From contig CAWALJ010000007.1 in NCBI GenBank assembly GCA_963782955.1, positions 44,357 through 108,356 of the forward strand: 64,000 nucleotides of DNA. Direction: 5' to 3'. Of the stretch, positions 48,747-57,383 are shown piece by piece. A program made the position numbers and the translations under genes. The notes below the pieces were generated by a model. It was not told where the DNA came from. It searched no databases and was given only the letters and a program-made list of their open reading frames with translations. This DNA is from an uncultured Chloroflexia bacterium (GTDB taxonomy: Bacteria > Chloroflexota > Chloroflexia > Thermomicrobiales > Thermomicrobiaceae). Each line of letters opens with the position of its first letter. Position 1 is the first letter of the stretch.

Positions 48747-49889
48747 GTGCGGCTCTCCTGCCAGCAAGATGAACTACAAAGAGCCCTGGGCCACGTCTCG
48801 CGTGCAGTGGCGAAGAAATCGACGCTTCCGGTGTTGGGCAACGTCCTGTTCACGACCGATCAGGGGCGGCTGCGACTGTCGGCGACCAATCTCGAGATTG
48901 CCGTGACGGCGTGGATTGATGCCGAGGTGGCTGACGAGGGAACGATTACGCTTCGCTCCGACCTGTTAACGGACTTCATTGCCAGCCTGCCCAACGAGAC
49001 AATCACCATAGATTTGGATCCGAAGACTCTCAGCGTCGCGCTCACCTGCGCGCGTTCCAAGGCGCACATCAAGGGCATTCCGTCCGAAGATTTCCCAACG
49101 CTGCCGAGCATCGAGGAGATGGTCCCGACCGGTCGCATCGATCCTGGAACATTGCGCGACATGATTGGGCAGGTTGCGTTTGCTGCCGCTACCGATGACA
49201 GTCGACCGGTTTTGGCGGGAGTGCAGGCCGAGTTTTCTGGGCCGAACCTGACGCTCGCGGCCGCTGACGGTTTTCGCCTGTCAGTGCGACAGGCGGAGCT
49301 GAGCGAGCCGGCTCATGAAGAAGTATCGGTAATCGTCCCTGCTCGCGCTCTGCAAGAGCTTTCGCGCATCATCTCTGATCAGTCCGATCCGATCGATCTG
49401 CTCGTGACTCCGAATCACAGCCAGCTGCTTGTCCGCTCCGGTCAGATCGAGTTCCTCAGCCGCCTGATTGACGGACATTTCCCGGATTACCATCAAATCG
49501 TTCCGCGTCAATATGGGACGCGCCTGGTGGTCGACCGGGATCAATTCCTCTCCGCGGCTCGGCGTGCCAAGCTCTTTGCGCAGTCGAGCAACGACGTCGT
49601 TCGATTGCAGCTCAAGCCCGGTTCGGACGAACTCGATCCTGGCTGCGTCAATATCTCGGCACAGGCAGCCGAGACTGGCGACAACGAGGATGTGATCGAC
49701 GGGCGCGTAGAGGGCCCTGAGTCGCAGATCGCGTTCAACGGGCGATACCTGACCGACGTTCTTTCGGTCATGCGCTCCGGCGATGTGGCCGTTGAGATGA
49801 CTGGCCCGAATGCCGCGGGAGTGCTGCGCTCGGCGGGTAATGAAGAATTCACCCACGTCATCATGCCGATGGTCATTGGCAATAGCTAG
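48747..49889 (+). CDS. dnaN: DNA polymerase III beta sliding clamp
   Basis: VRLSCQQDELQRALGHVSRAV is a typical N-terminus. Three-domain length, with LVPNHSQL-type and MPM motifs near the C-terminus. Start set at GTG 48747. Confidence 0.92.
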   Translation: MRLSCQQDELQRALGHVSRAVAKKSTLPVLGNVLFTTDQGRLRLSATNLEIAVTAWIDAEVADEGTITLRSDLLTDFIASLPNETITIDLDPKTLSVALTCARSKAHIKGIPSEDFPTLPSIEEMVPTGRIDPGTLRDMIGQVAFAAATDDSRPVLAGVQAEFSGPNLTLAAADGFRLSVRQAELSEPAHEEVSVIVPARALQELSRIISDQSDPIDLLVTPNHSQLLVRSGQIEFLSRLIDGHFPDYHQIVPRQYGTRLVVDRDQFLSAARRAKLFAQSSNDVVRLQLKPGSDELDPGCVNISAQAAETGDNEDVIDGRVEGPESQIAFNGRYLTDVLSVMRSGDVAVEMTGPNAAGVLRSAGNEEFTHVIMPMVIGNS

Positions 49890-50025
49890 CTGCCTTGAAC
49901 TTCTCTCACGCGCGAATCGACGCCGGATTGGCTGGGGTCAATGGGCGTGGAAGCCGGAACTCAAGACGGCAACCACGCTCACGTTGTAGCCAGCGATTCG
50001 CGCTTGCTCGGGCGTCAACACCCTC

Positions 50026-51228
50026 ATGAGACTTCAGCGCCTCGATCTGGAAGAATTTCGCGTCTATCACCGGGCAGAGATTGAAGTGCCCGCGGAAGGC
50101 TTGCGTCTGTCTGGCCCCAACGCGAGCGGCAAAACGAGCCTGCTGGAATCGATCTATCTGCTGGCAACCACGCGCTCTCCGCGCGCCTCGCTAGAACGTG
50201 AGCTCATCAATTGGGAGAGTAATCAAGAGTATGGGCTGGCGCCTTTCTCACGTGTGACGGCCCGCATTGATCAGGGTGACGGATTCGAGCAATCCATCGA
50301 ACTGGTGCTCACGACCGAGAACGCGCGGCCGAACTCGATCCGCAAGCGAGCGAAAATCGACGGACGGCCTTGTCGCATTAGCGATTTGGTCGGTACGCTC
50401 AAAGTGGTGCTCTTCTCACCGGAAGACCTGAATCTTGTGCTCGGCTCACCCTCGGTGCGGCGTCGTTATCTTGACATCAGCATCAGCCAGCTTGATCGAA
50501 CCTATCTTCGGTCGCTCAGTCGCTATGGCAAGCTCGTTGAACGACGTAACAGTTTGCTCAAGGATCTGTCGGCGAGTGGTTCCGGACGCTCGGCTGATGA
50601 AGAACTCGCCTACTGGGACGAGGAATTCACCACGTATGCTGCCTATCTCCTTGCGGCCCGCTACCGGTATCTCGCGGGTCTGAGCGAGGATGTGTCTGTC
50701 GCTTTCAGTCAACTGAACGGTCACAACCTGCAATTGCAGGTGAACTACCTCGGAACGGTGGATTTACCCGCGTCCCAGCTTCAACGGGTCGAAGATGAGA
50801 CGATGGCGGAAGCTCAGCCACTGCTCGCTCGCGCGATTGGTAGTCAGCTCCGTGAGCGCCGTGGCGAGGAACTGCGTCGCGGTTCGACGGTTCTCGGTCC
50901 GCATCGGGACGACTTCACTTACAGCATTGATCGACGCGATCTGTCTGCTTTCGGCTCTCGCGGCCAGCAGCGACTCGCAGTGGTGGCGACGAAACTGGCC
51001 GAGCTCGCGCAGGTGGTCGCGATTACGGGTGAAGCGCCACTCCTCTTGCTCGACGACGTGCTTTCCGAGCTCGATCCGGCGCACCAGGACGGATTGCTGT
51101 CGGTTCTCGGTGACACCGGCTGCCAGATCATCGTAACCGCGACCTCGCCTGACTTGCTTGAACACCCCGCTCTGGGTCGACTGGCAGCGGCCGAAGTCCG
51201 AAACGGCAACGTAATTCTCAATTCCTGA
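50026..51228 (+). CDS. recF: DNA replication and repair protein RecF
   Basis: FRVYHRAEIEV, Walker A GPNASGKTSLLE, signature SRGQQRL and Walker B LLLDDVLSELD. Confidence 0.93.
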   Translation: MRLQRLDLEEFRVYHRAEIEVPAEGLRLSGPNASGKTSLLESIYLLATTRSPRASLERELINWESNQEYGLAPFSRVTARIDQGDGFEQSIELVLTTENARPNSIRKRAKIDGRPCRISDLVGTLKVVLFSPEDLNLVLGSPSVRRRYLDISISQLDRTYLRSLSRYGKLVERRNSLLKDLSASGSGRSADEELAYWDEEFTTYAAYLLAARYRYLAGLSEDVSVAFSQLNGHNLQLQVNYLGTVDLPASQLQRVEDETMAEAQPLLARAIGSQLRERRGEELRRGSTVLGPHRDDFTYSIDRRDLSAFGSRGQQRLAVVATKLAELAQVVAITGEAPLLLLDDVLSELDPAHQDGLLSVLGDTGCQIIVTATSPDLLEHPALGRLAAAEVRNGNVILNS

Positions 51229-51316
51229 TTGCCCTGGTGATCGGCCGTACCGTTTGATCCAGCATCAGCCAGTCTGCTATAATCGGCGTCGCTGGGCGCA
51301 ACGCCGAGCACTTCTT

Positions 51317-51387
51317 TGGGGAGTCGTCTAACGGTAGGACAGCTGACTCTGGATCAGCCGGTTGGGGTTCGAATCCCTGCTCCCCAG
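51317..51387 (+). tRNA. tRNA-Gln (CTG)
   Basis: Folded by hand: acceptor TGGGGAG/CTCCCCA, anticodon stem GCTGA/TCAGC with loop CTCTGGA, T-loop TTCGAAT. No encoded CCA. Confidence 0.85.
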
Positions 51388-51418
51388 CCCCAAAGATATT
51401 GCATTGTATTGTGGAGAG

Positions 51419-51440
51419 ACCGGCTCAGTCGCGAGCCGGT
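51419..51440 (+). terminator. hairpin after tRNA-Gln
   Basis: accggctc-agtcgc-gagccggt followed by attgtattcatt. Confidence 0.5.
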
Positions 51441-51737
51441 ATTGTATTCATTGTCCCCAATTTAGCCCCGCAGAACTATCTGGCCTCCGGCCGCCATCGG
51501 ACACGTTCCATGCTTCAACTCTGACACGTAGTCATGCTCCCATAATCATGGACACTTGCAAGCCCTGATCAGCGCGTTATCATGTTCATAAAGCGGCAAC
51601 TGAACAGATTGGCTCGTAGAGGCGAGTGTCGCCGTATACGAGTCGACCCGGTGACCATCACTCACTTTGCGAGTTCGCTTGTCACGAATTTCACCGCTAG
51701 CGTGCGAGCGTGGTGATTGGCACTGAAGGAGCGCATC

Positions 51738-52646
51738 GTGTCGACAGATGTCACGCAACCGCGACAGAGAGACGCGCTGTACCAGACAGTGAGAGAAGTC
51801 TCGTGCGAACTTTACAAACGATCGCTGACGGACCTTCCTCCTGACGTTCGTAGCGCATTGGGTCGCGCTGTGGAGGGGGAGGACGGACGTCACGCCTCGA
51901 TGATGTTGAAGATCATGCAGCGTGCCGTGGAGACATCCGATCGAACAGGCATCATCGTCTGTCAGGATACTGGTATTCCGGTCTACTTCGTCGGCATCGG
52001 GACAGAAGTCGACATAAATGGCGCCAGGTTGCTCGACTCGCTGCGGCTCGGGATCGAACAGGCGACCAAGAAATACTCGCTGCGCTCCAGCATCGTGCAC
52101 CCAATTACCCGCGAGAATCGGCAAACGAGCACCGGTCGCGAGATTCCCGTGATGCACGTGGAGTTTCTCGACGGCGCTGACTACCTCGAATTCGAGCTAA
52201 TCCCAAAGGGATCAGGCTCCGAGAACATGTCGTTTGTCAAGATGCTGACCCCGGCCGACGGGCTGTCGGGCGTCAAGCGTTTCGTGCTCGACTGTGTGGT
52301 GGAGGCGGGCGCCAACCCTTGTCCGCCAACGATCGTCGGAGTAGGACTCGGTGGCAGTTTCGACAAATGCGCAGAATTGGCCAAGCGGGCGATTAAGCGA
52401 CCGGTTGGCGAGCCCCACCCCGAGACGGACATCGCCGAGCTCGAACGGGAGTTGCTCGAAGCCATCAATCTGACTGGAATTGGTCCGCAGGGTCTGGGCG
52501 GAAAGACGACGTCACTTGCGGTGCACATCGAATACGCATGGACACATATCACCATGAATCCGGTGGCGGTCAACATCCAGTGTTGGCGCGGGGAGCGTGC
52601 GAAGGCACGCGTTTATGCCAATGGGGAGGTCGAATATGGCTTCTGA
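51738..52646 (+). CDS. Fe-S hydro-lyase alpha subunit (class I fumarate hydratase / tartrate dehydratase family)
   Basis: IIVCQDTGIPVYFV motif, and GSENMS and GVGLGG regions. Start set at GTG 51738 (GAAGGAG SD). Confidence 0.85.
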   Translation: MSTDVTQPRQRDALYQTVREVSCELYKRSLTDLPPDVRSALGRAVEGEDGRHASMMLKIMQRAVETSDRTGIIVCQDTGIPVYFVGIGTEVDINGARLLDSLRLGIEQATKKYSLRSSIVHPITRENRQTSTGREIPVMHVEFLDGADYLEFELIPKGSGSENMSFVKMLTPADGLSGVKRFVLDCVVEAGANPCPPTIVGVGLGGSFDKCAELAKRAIKRPVGEPHPETDIAELERELLEAINLTGIGPQGLGGKTTSLAVHIEYAWTHITMNPVAVNIQCWRGERAKARVYANGEVEYGF

Positions 52647-53262
52647 ACAGATCCTCAACGACCTGCCCGAAGACGTGATTCGTCTGACGACGCCGTTGAG
52701 TGAGGAGGTCGTACGTTCGCTTCACGTCGGGGACGTGGTCGTGATTGACGGCATCATCTGGGGTATTCGAGATGCAACGCTGATCCACATTTTCGATCGA
52801 GACCATGAGCCAGCGGCTGACCTTCGCGGAAGCATCTTGTTGCATGTCGCGCCGAGCGTGCGCAAGCGACCTGACGGCGGTTACGACCCAATCTCGGTCG
52901 GTACAACGACGTCGACCCGCATGGACCGGTTCACTCGTGGCTGTATCGACGAGCTTGGAGCGCGAGCGATTGTCGGCAAGGGTGGGCTTAGCGATGATTC
53001 GTCGGCCTGTTTTCAAGAAACTGGAGGCGTCTATTTGACGATCGCTGGCGGAGCGGCAAGCGTCGAGACACTGCAGGTCGAGGAGATCGAGGAAGTATTG
53101 TTCGAGGAGTTGATCCCCGAGTGCCTCTGGAAGTTTCGCGTTAAGGACTTTGGCCCGCTGGTCGTCACCATGGACGCTCATGGTGGATCGATCTATCGTG
53201 ACGTACGCGCTCAAGCGCAGCGAAACGTCAAGGACGCTTATGCGCGACTGGGATTGAACTGA
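52636..53262 (+). CDS. Fe-S hydro-lyase beta subunit (class I fumarate hydratase C-terminal domain)
   Basis: GDVVVIDGIIWGIRDA and IVGKGGLS motifs. ATG 52636 (GGGGAGG SD) overlaps the alpha subunit by 11 nt. Confidence 0.85.
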   Translation: MASEQILNDLPEDVIRLTTPLSEEVVRSLHVGDVVVIDGIIWGIRDATLIHIFDRDHEPAADLRGSILLHVAPSVRKRPDGGYDPISVGTTTSTRMDRFTRGCIDELGARAIVGKGGLSDDSSACFQETGGVYLTIAGGAASVETLQVEEIEEVLFEELIPECLWKFRVKDFGPLVVTMDAHGGSIYRDVRAQAQRNVKDAYARLGLN

Positions 53263-53263
53263 A

Positions 53264-53986
53264 GTGCGCTCAGCGGGTCGTCCAAACGACACGATCCGGG
53301 TTCGCGTTTCCCGGAGCGATTCGTCAATGCCGCACCAGTTCGAGGTTCGTCGCACTGAGCCGATGATGGTGCTCGACCTGCTTCTCTCGATCCAGCGTGA
53401 GCAGGACCCGTCCATTGGATTTCGCTATTCGTGTCGCGTCGGCATGTGCGGCACGTGCACGCTCCGATTGGACGGACGCGCGGTCTTGGCGTGCCAGACA
53501 CCAGTCGAACCCGATCGCACCGAAGCCCGACTGGATCCACTCTCCGGTCTGCCGGTCTTACGCGATCTCATCGTCGATACCACTCCATTCTTCGAGGAAT
53601 GGGCGCGGGTGAAGCCCTATCTGGTTCCGTCCGAAGGTTTGGACGAACCGGCCGTGGTGCGACCGGACTCCCCGGAACGCCAGCTCATCGATCCACGTCT
53701 TGACTGCGTCAACTGCGCGGCCTGCTTCTCCGGATGCAGTATCGCCGACTCTCGGCGTGACTTCATTGGACCTGCAGCGCTGAACCGAGCGATGGTGTTG
53801 ATCGCCGACAGTCGAGACGGGGCGCGACGCGAGCGTTTGCGAGCCGTTACCGGAGACGACGGTGCCTGGCGCTGCCGCTATATTCATGCCTGCACCGCCA
53901 TGTGTCCCAAAGGGCTCGATCCCGCGGGAGCGATCCGTCAGTTGCGTCGCTGGGCGTTAGAGGGGTTGAACGATGGTCCGGAGTAA
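53264..53986 (+). CDS. sdhB: succinate dehydrogenase/fumarate reductase iron-sulfur subunit
   Basis: 2Fe-2S motif CRVGMCGTCTLRLDGRAVLAC, 4Fe-4S motif CVNCAACFSGC and 3Fe-4S motif CRYIHACTAMCP. Confidence 0.88.
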   Translation: MRSAGRPNDTIRVRVSRSDSSMPHQFEVRRTEPMMVLDLLLSIQREQDPSIGFRYSCRVGMCGTCTLRLDGRAVLACQTPVEPDRTEARLDPLSGLPVLRDLIVDTTPFFEEWARVKPYLVPSEGLDEPAVVRPDSPERQLIDPRLDCVNCAACFSGCSIADSRRDFIGPAALNRAMVLIADSRDGARRERLRAVTGDDGAWRCRYIHACTAMCPKGLDPAGAIRQLRRWALEGLNDGPE

Positions 53987-55706
53987 CGACATCGAGACCA
54001 TCGAGACGGACGTCGCGATCATTGGGAGTGGTGGCGCCGGACTCATGTGCGCGCTGCATGTTGCCGACCGCGAACCAGATCTGCGGATCGCGATCATCAG
54101 CAAGGGCGCGATCGGCCGCTCCGGTTGCACGCGTATGGTGCAAGGTGGCTATAACGCGGTGCTCGACGCGAACGACTCGGTCGACCTGCATTTCTTCGAC
54201 ACGCTCAAAGGCGGCGCGTTTCTCAATGATCAAGACCTGGCTTGGACCCTGGTTAGTGACGCGCCGCGCGTCATTCACGAGCTCGAGACGCGCGTTGGGT
54301 GCTTCTTCGATCGTCGTCCCGACGGCCACATCCACCAGAAGGCATTCGCCGGTCAATCCTTCGATCGCACGGTTCATCGCGGAGATTTGACTGGAATCGA
54401 GATCATGGGTCGTCTGCGGGACCAAATGTTTCGCATTCGGCCGAGCGAGTTCGAAGACGTGCGAGCGCTCGATCTGGTGCGCGATGCCAACGGTGAGCTT
54501 GCCGGACTGACCATGCTCGATATTCGCACCGGAGCGGTGGCCGTCTTGCTGGCGCGCGTGGTGGTGATGGCCACCGGCGGTTCCGCGACCATGTACCGAA
54601 TCGCGGCTCCGGCGCGCGAAAAGACTGGCGACGGCGTTGCCATGTGCCTAAGAGCCGGACTGCCGGTACGTGACATGGAAATGCTGCAGTTCCATCCGAC
54701 TGGATTGCTAGCCGGAGAATCGCGACTCACTGGCTCGGTCCTGGAAGAGGGGCTCCGCGGTGCCGGCGCCTACCTGCTCAACGGGCTCGGCGAACGCTAC
54801 ATGGAGCGCTATGACCCAGTCAATCTGGAGCGAGCGACGCGCGACGTCGTCTCCCGTTCCGGGTATCTGGAGATCATGGAAGGTCGTGGTACGGCAGCCG
54901 GTGGCGTGATGATCGACATCTCGCACCTCGGTGCCGAGCAGGTTGAGCGACGATTCCCAGGGATGGTAGCTCGTACTCGTCTCATCGGTCGTGACCTAGC
55001 ACGGGGGCCCGTCGAGGTCTCGCCGACGGCGCACTTTCACATGGGCGGTGTGATCATCGACGTGGACTGCCGAACCGAGATGCCCGGATTGTTGGTGGCG
55101 GGTGAGGACGCGGGAGGGGTCCACGGCGCGAACCGCCTCGGCGGCAACGGTGTGGCCGAATCGACGGTATTTGGTGCCCGCGCAGGGAACACGGCGGCAT
55201 TTCTGGCGGCCGAACGCCCAATTCGTTCGCCAGAACTGGGCGACGTGCTGCATTCCCTCGAGCATGTCTACCGTCCGCTGGGAAAGTCGACGGGCGAATC
55301 ACCATTTGCGATCACGCGCGAGCTCAAGGATCTGATGTGGGAAGACTGTGGCGTCGTTCGCACCCGAGATGGACTGCTTCGCGCCCGATCTCGACTGACG
55401 GAGCTAACGGCAAGGTCAGAACAGATAGCCGTGCCAGGGCCGGCCTCGGTCAACTACGCCTGGCAGGAAGCACTGGACATTGCCAACCAGCTTGAAGTAG
55501 CGCGAACTGTGGTCGAATCCGCTTTGCTCCGTGAGGAGTCGCGAGGCGCACATTATCGCGCCGACTTCCCTGAGCCAGATGACGACCATTGGTTGCAGTC
55601 CATCGAGCTGCGCCGCAGCAGTGGTCGAGAGTTCGGGGTGTCCTTGCGGCCAGTTGCCCTTACTCGGCTGACGCCGGAGCGCGCGAATCCGGGAGGCGCG
55701 AGATGA
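53973..55706 (+). CDS. sdhA: succinate dehydrogenase/fumarate reductase flavoprotein subunit
   Basis: IIGSGGAGL, FHPTG, EGLRGAGAYLLN, HFHMGGV, RLGGNG and ESRGAHYRADFP motifs. RSGCTRMVQGG replaces the usual RSHTV.AQGG. Confidence 0.9.
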   Translation: MVRSNDIETIETDVAIIGSGGAGLMCALHVADREPDLRIAIISKGAIGRSGCTRMVQGGYNAVLDANDSVDLHFFDTLKGGAFLNDQDLAWTLVSDAPRVIHELETRVGCFFDRRPDGHIHQKAFAGQSFDRTVHRGDLTGIEIMGRLRDQMFRIRPSEFEDVRALDLVRDANGELAGLTMLDIRTGAVAVLLARVVVMATGGSATMYRIAAPAREKTGDGVAMCLRAGLPVRDMEMLQFHPTGLLAGESRLTGSVLEEGLRGAGAYLLNGLGERYMERYDPVNLERATRDVVSRSGYLEIMEGRGTAAGGVMIDISHLGAEQVERRFPGMVARTRLIGRDLARGPVEVSPTAHFHMGGVIIDVDCRTEMPGLLVAGEDAGGVHGANRLGGNGVAESTVFGARAGNTAAFLAAERPIRSPELGDVLHSLEHVYRPLGKSTGESPFAITRELKDLMWEDCGVVRTRDGLLRARSRLTELTARSEQIAVPGPASVNYAWQEALDIANQLEVARTVVESALLREESRGAHYRADFPEPDDDHWLQSIELRRSSGREFGVSLRPVALTRLTPERANPGGAR

Positions 55707-56206
55707 CGCTGATCCAATTTGCCTTCCTGGCAGGACTGACCCTGGTGATGGTAGCGGTGGCTGGATTTGGCGCGGTCGTGATCGTCGGCGCGTCTCGCAG
55801 CGGTGAAGGCGCGTATGTCAACGGTGAACTGCTGCGCCGGATGATGCTGGGACGCAGCGACCGCGCCGAGACCGATCGATGGGCGTTTTACGCGCACCGT
55901 GTGAGCGGATTCGCCATCTTTGCCTTCCTCTGCCTGCACGTACTCGATGTCAGCCTGTATGCGGCGTCTGCTCGGTTGTACAGTCAGGAGCACCAACTCT
56001 ATGGCAATGGAGTCATGCGGGTCTTTGAGTGCGGCCTGCTCATCGCCATCCTGTTCCATACCTTCAACGGGCTGCGCGTACTTGTTCTCGACTTCGCTGG
56101 CTTGAAAACTGAGACCTCGCGCCGAATTCTCGCGCTGTGCGTCGCGGGGACGGTGGCACTTGGTCTGGCAGGTAGCGTCATCATCATGAAACCGGTTTTC
56201 GCGTGA
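55703..56206 (+). CDS. sdhC: succinate dehydrogenase/fumarate reductase membrane anchor (cytochrome b-like) subunit C
   Basis: ATGA overlap with sdhA. 3-4 TM helices with His residues (YAHRVSGF, LHVLD, FHTFNG). Confidence 0.7.
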   Translation: MTLIQFAFLAGLTLVMVAVAGFGAVVIVGASRSGEGAYVNGELLRRMMLGRSDRAETDRWAFYAHRVSGFAIFAFLCLHVLDVSLYAASARLYSQEHQLYGNGVMRVFECGLLIAILFHTFNGLRVLVLDFAGLKTETSRRILALCVAGTVALGLAGSVIIMKPVFA

Positions 56207-56619
56207 CGGCTCCAACACTGCCAGAGGGAGGATTTCGACCCGGCACCATCTTCGACGTGGAGCCGCGCGCGGGTCACGCACGTGGCCGAATCGTCGCTTG
56301 GGTTATGGTGCGAGTCACCGGGGTGATTCTGTCGGTACTGGTGTTGGGTCATTTCGGCATGACGCACATTCTCACCGACGTGTCCGACACAGGTGCCAAC
56401 TTCATTGCTCAGCGCTGGGCATCGGCGGTTTGGCTGATATGGGACTGGTTACTGCTCTTGTGTGCGCTGCTCCACGGCGCCAGCGGTATTTGGGTGGCGA
56501 TCGCGGACTACGCGGGGTCGCCGAGCCGACGCGCTGGACTTCAGCGGGCTCTGGTGGGTCTCTCTGCTGTTATCTTCCTCATCGGTTCTGCGGCAATCGT
56601 GACGGTTGGCCGCCGCTAG
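56203..56619 (+). CDS. sdhD: succinate dehydrogenase/fumarate reductase membrane anchor subunit D
   Basis: GTGA overlap with sdhC. 3 TM helices, RVTGVILSVLVLGHF and LLHGASG. Confidence 0.65.
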   Translation: MTAPTLPEGGFRPGTIFDVEPRAGHARGRIVAWVMVRVTGVILSVLVLGHFGMTHILTDVSDTGANFIAQRWASAVWLIWDWLLLLCALLHGASGIWVAIADYAGSPSRRAGLQRALVGLSAVIFLIGSAAIVTVGRR

Positions 56620-56959
56620 CGCAGTTTGCCTGAGTCTTGCCGCGAGTCTGCAGGAGCAGACCCCCGTCTTCCGTGCCACAGCCCAGCCAAGTCAATCTTC
56701 CCGCTACCTGCCATAGCGCGAGAGGCCATTTCATAACCGGGACGCGGACGGCGCCTCTACCCGTCCATGAGTTCTCGTGGACGCGACCGCAAAGGCAAAG
56801 TCTAGCCTCTCGAATGCATATCGAGTGCAAGGTGAAAACCGACTCTTTCAGAACGGTCAATAGCACTCCAGATCGATCACCTGAACTGAACTACGCGTAC
56901 GTACGCTATGAGGTGAAAGAGATCGCCAGGTGGCTCTTATAGATTCTCCTCACACAAAC

Positions 56960-56986
56960 AGTGTCCGTACATATTGTACGGACACT
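56960..56986. terminator. 12-bp perfect hairpin, terminator of the fhs operon
   Basis: agtgtccgtaca-tat-tgtacggacact. The minus strand follows with GTTTGTGTG. Confidence 0.65.
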
Positions 56987-56991
56987 CTTGA

Positions 56992-57285
56992 TCACTGTTT
57001 CCGATAGCGTTGTGGCGGGCCTTTGGAGCGACGTCGGTAGTAGAGCAAGCTGAGCGTGGCCATGATGTAGCTGCCGATGAAGAGCGGATTCGCTGAGGTA
57101 ATGTGTACGAAGTGAGCAGTCATTAATGCCAGCATGGTGGGATAGATCAGCAGTGCCAGAGCGGCGAAGAGGGACGCCTCAATGAAGGCAGTTCGCCACT
57201 GAGCGCCAGTGAGCTTGCTGATCAAGAAAGGCAGCAAGGTACCCGCTGGCAGCCAGATAACGAACGCCGCGGTCGAATCAGACAT
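56992..57285 (-). CDS. 97-aa membrane protein of unknown function (3 TM)
   Basis: Hydrophobic segments and a basic tail RRRSKGPPQRYRKQ. Last gene of the fchA-folD-fhs transcription unit. Confidence 0.55.
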   Translation of the reverse strand: MSDSTAAFVIWLPAGTLLPFLISKLTGAQWRTAFIEASLFAALALLIYPTMLALMTAHFVHITSANPLFIGSYIMATLSLLYYRRRSKGPPQRYRKQ

Positions 57286-57383
57286 CCGCGACGCTCACGT
57301 TTTCAGTGTCGCACGCGCCATCGAGGATCTGGGATCCGGAGAGCAGACTCGCTCTCCGGATCATCGTGACTACTTTCGGACCT

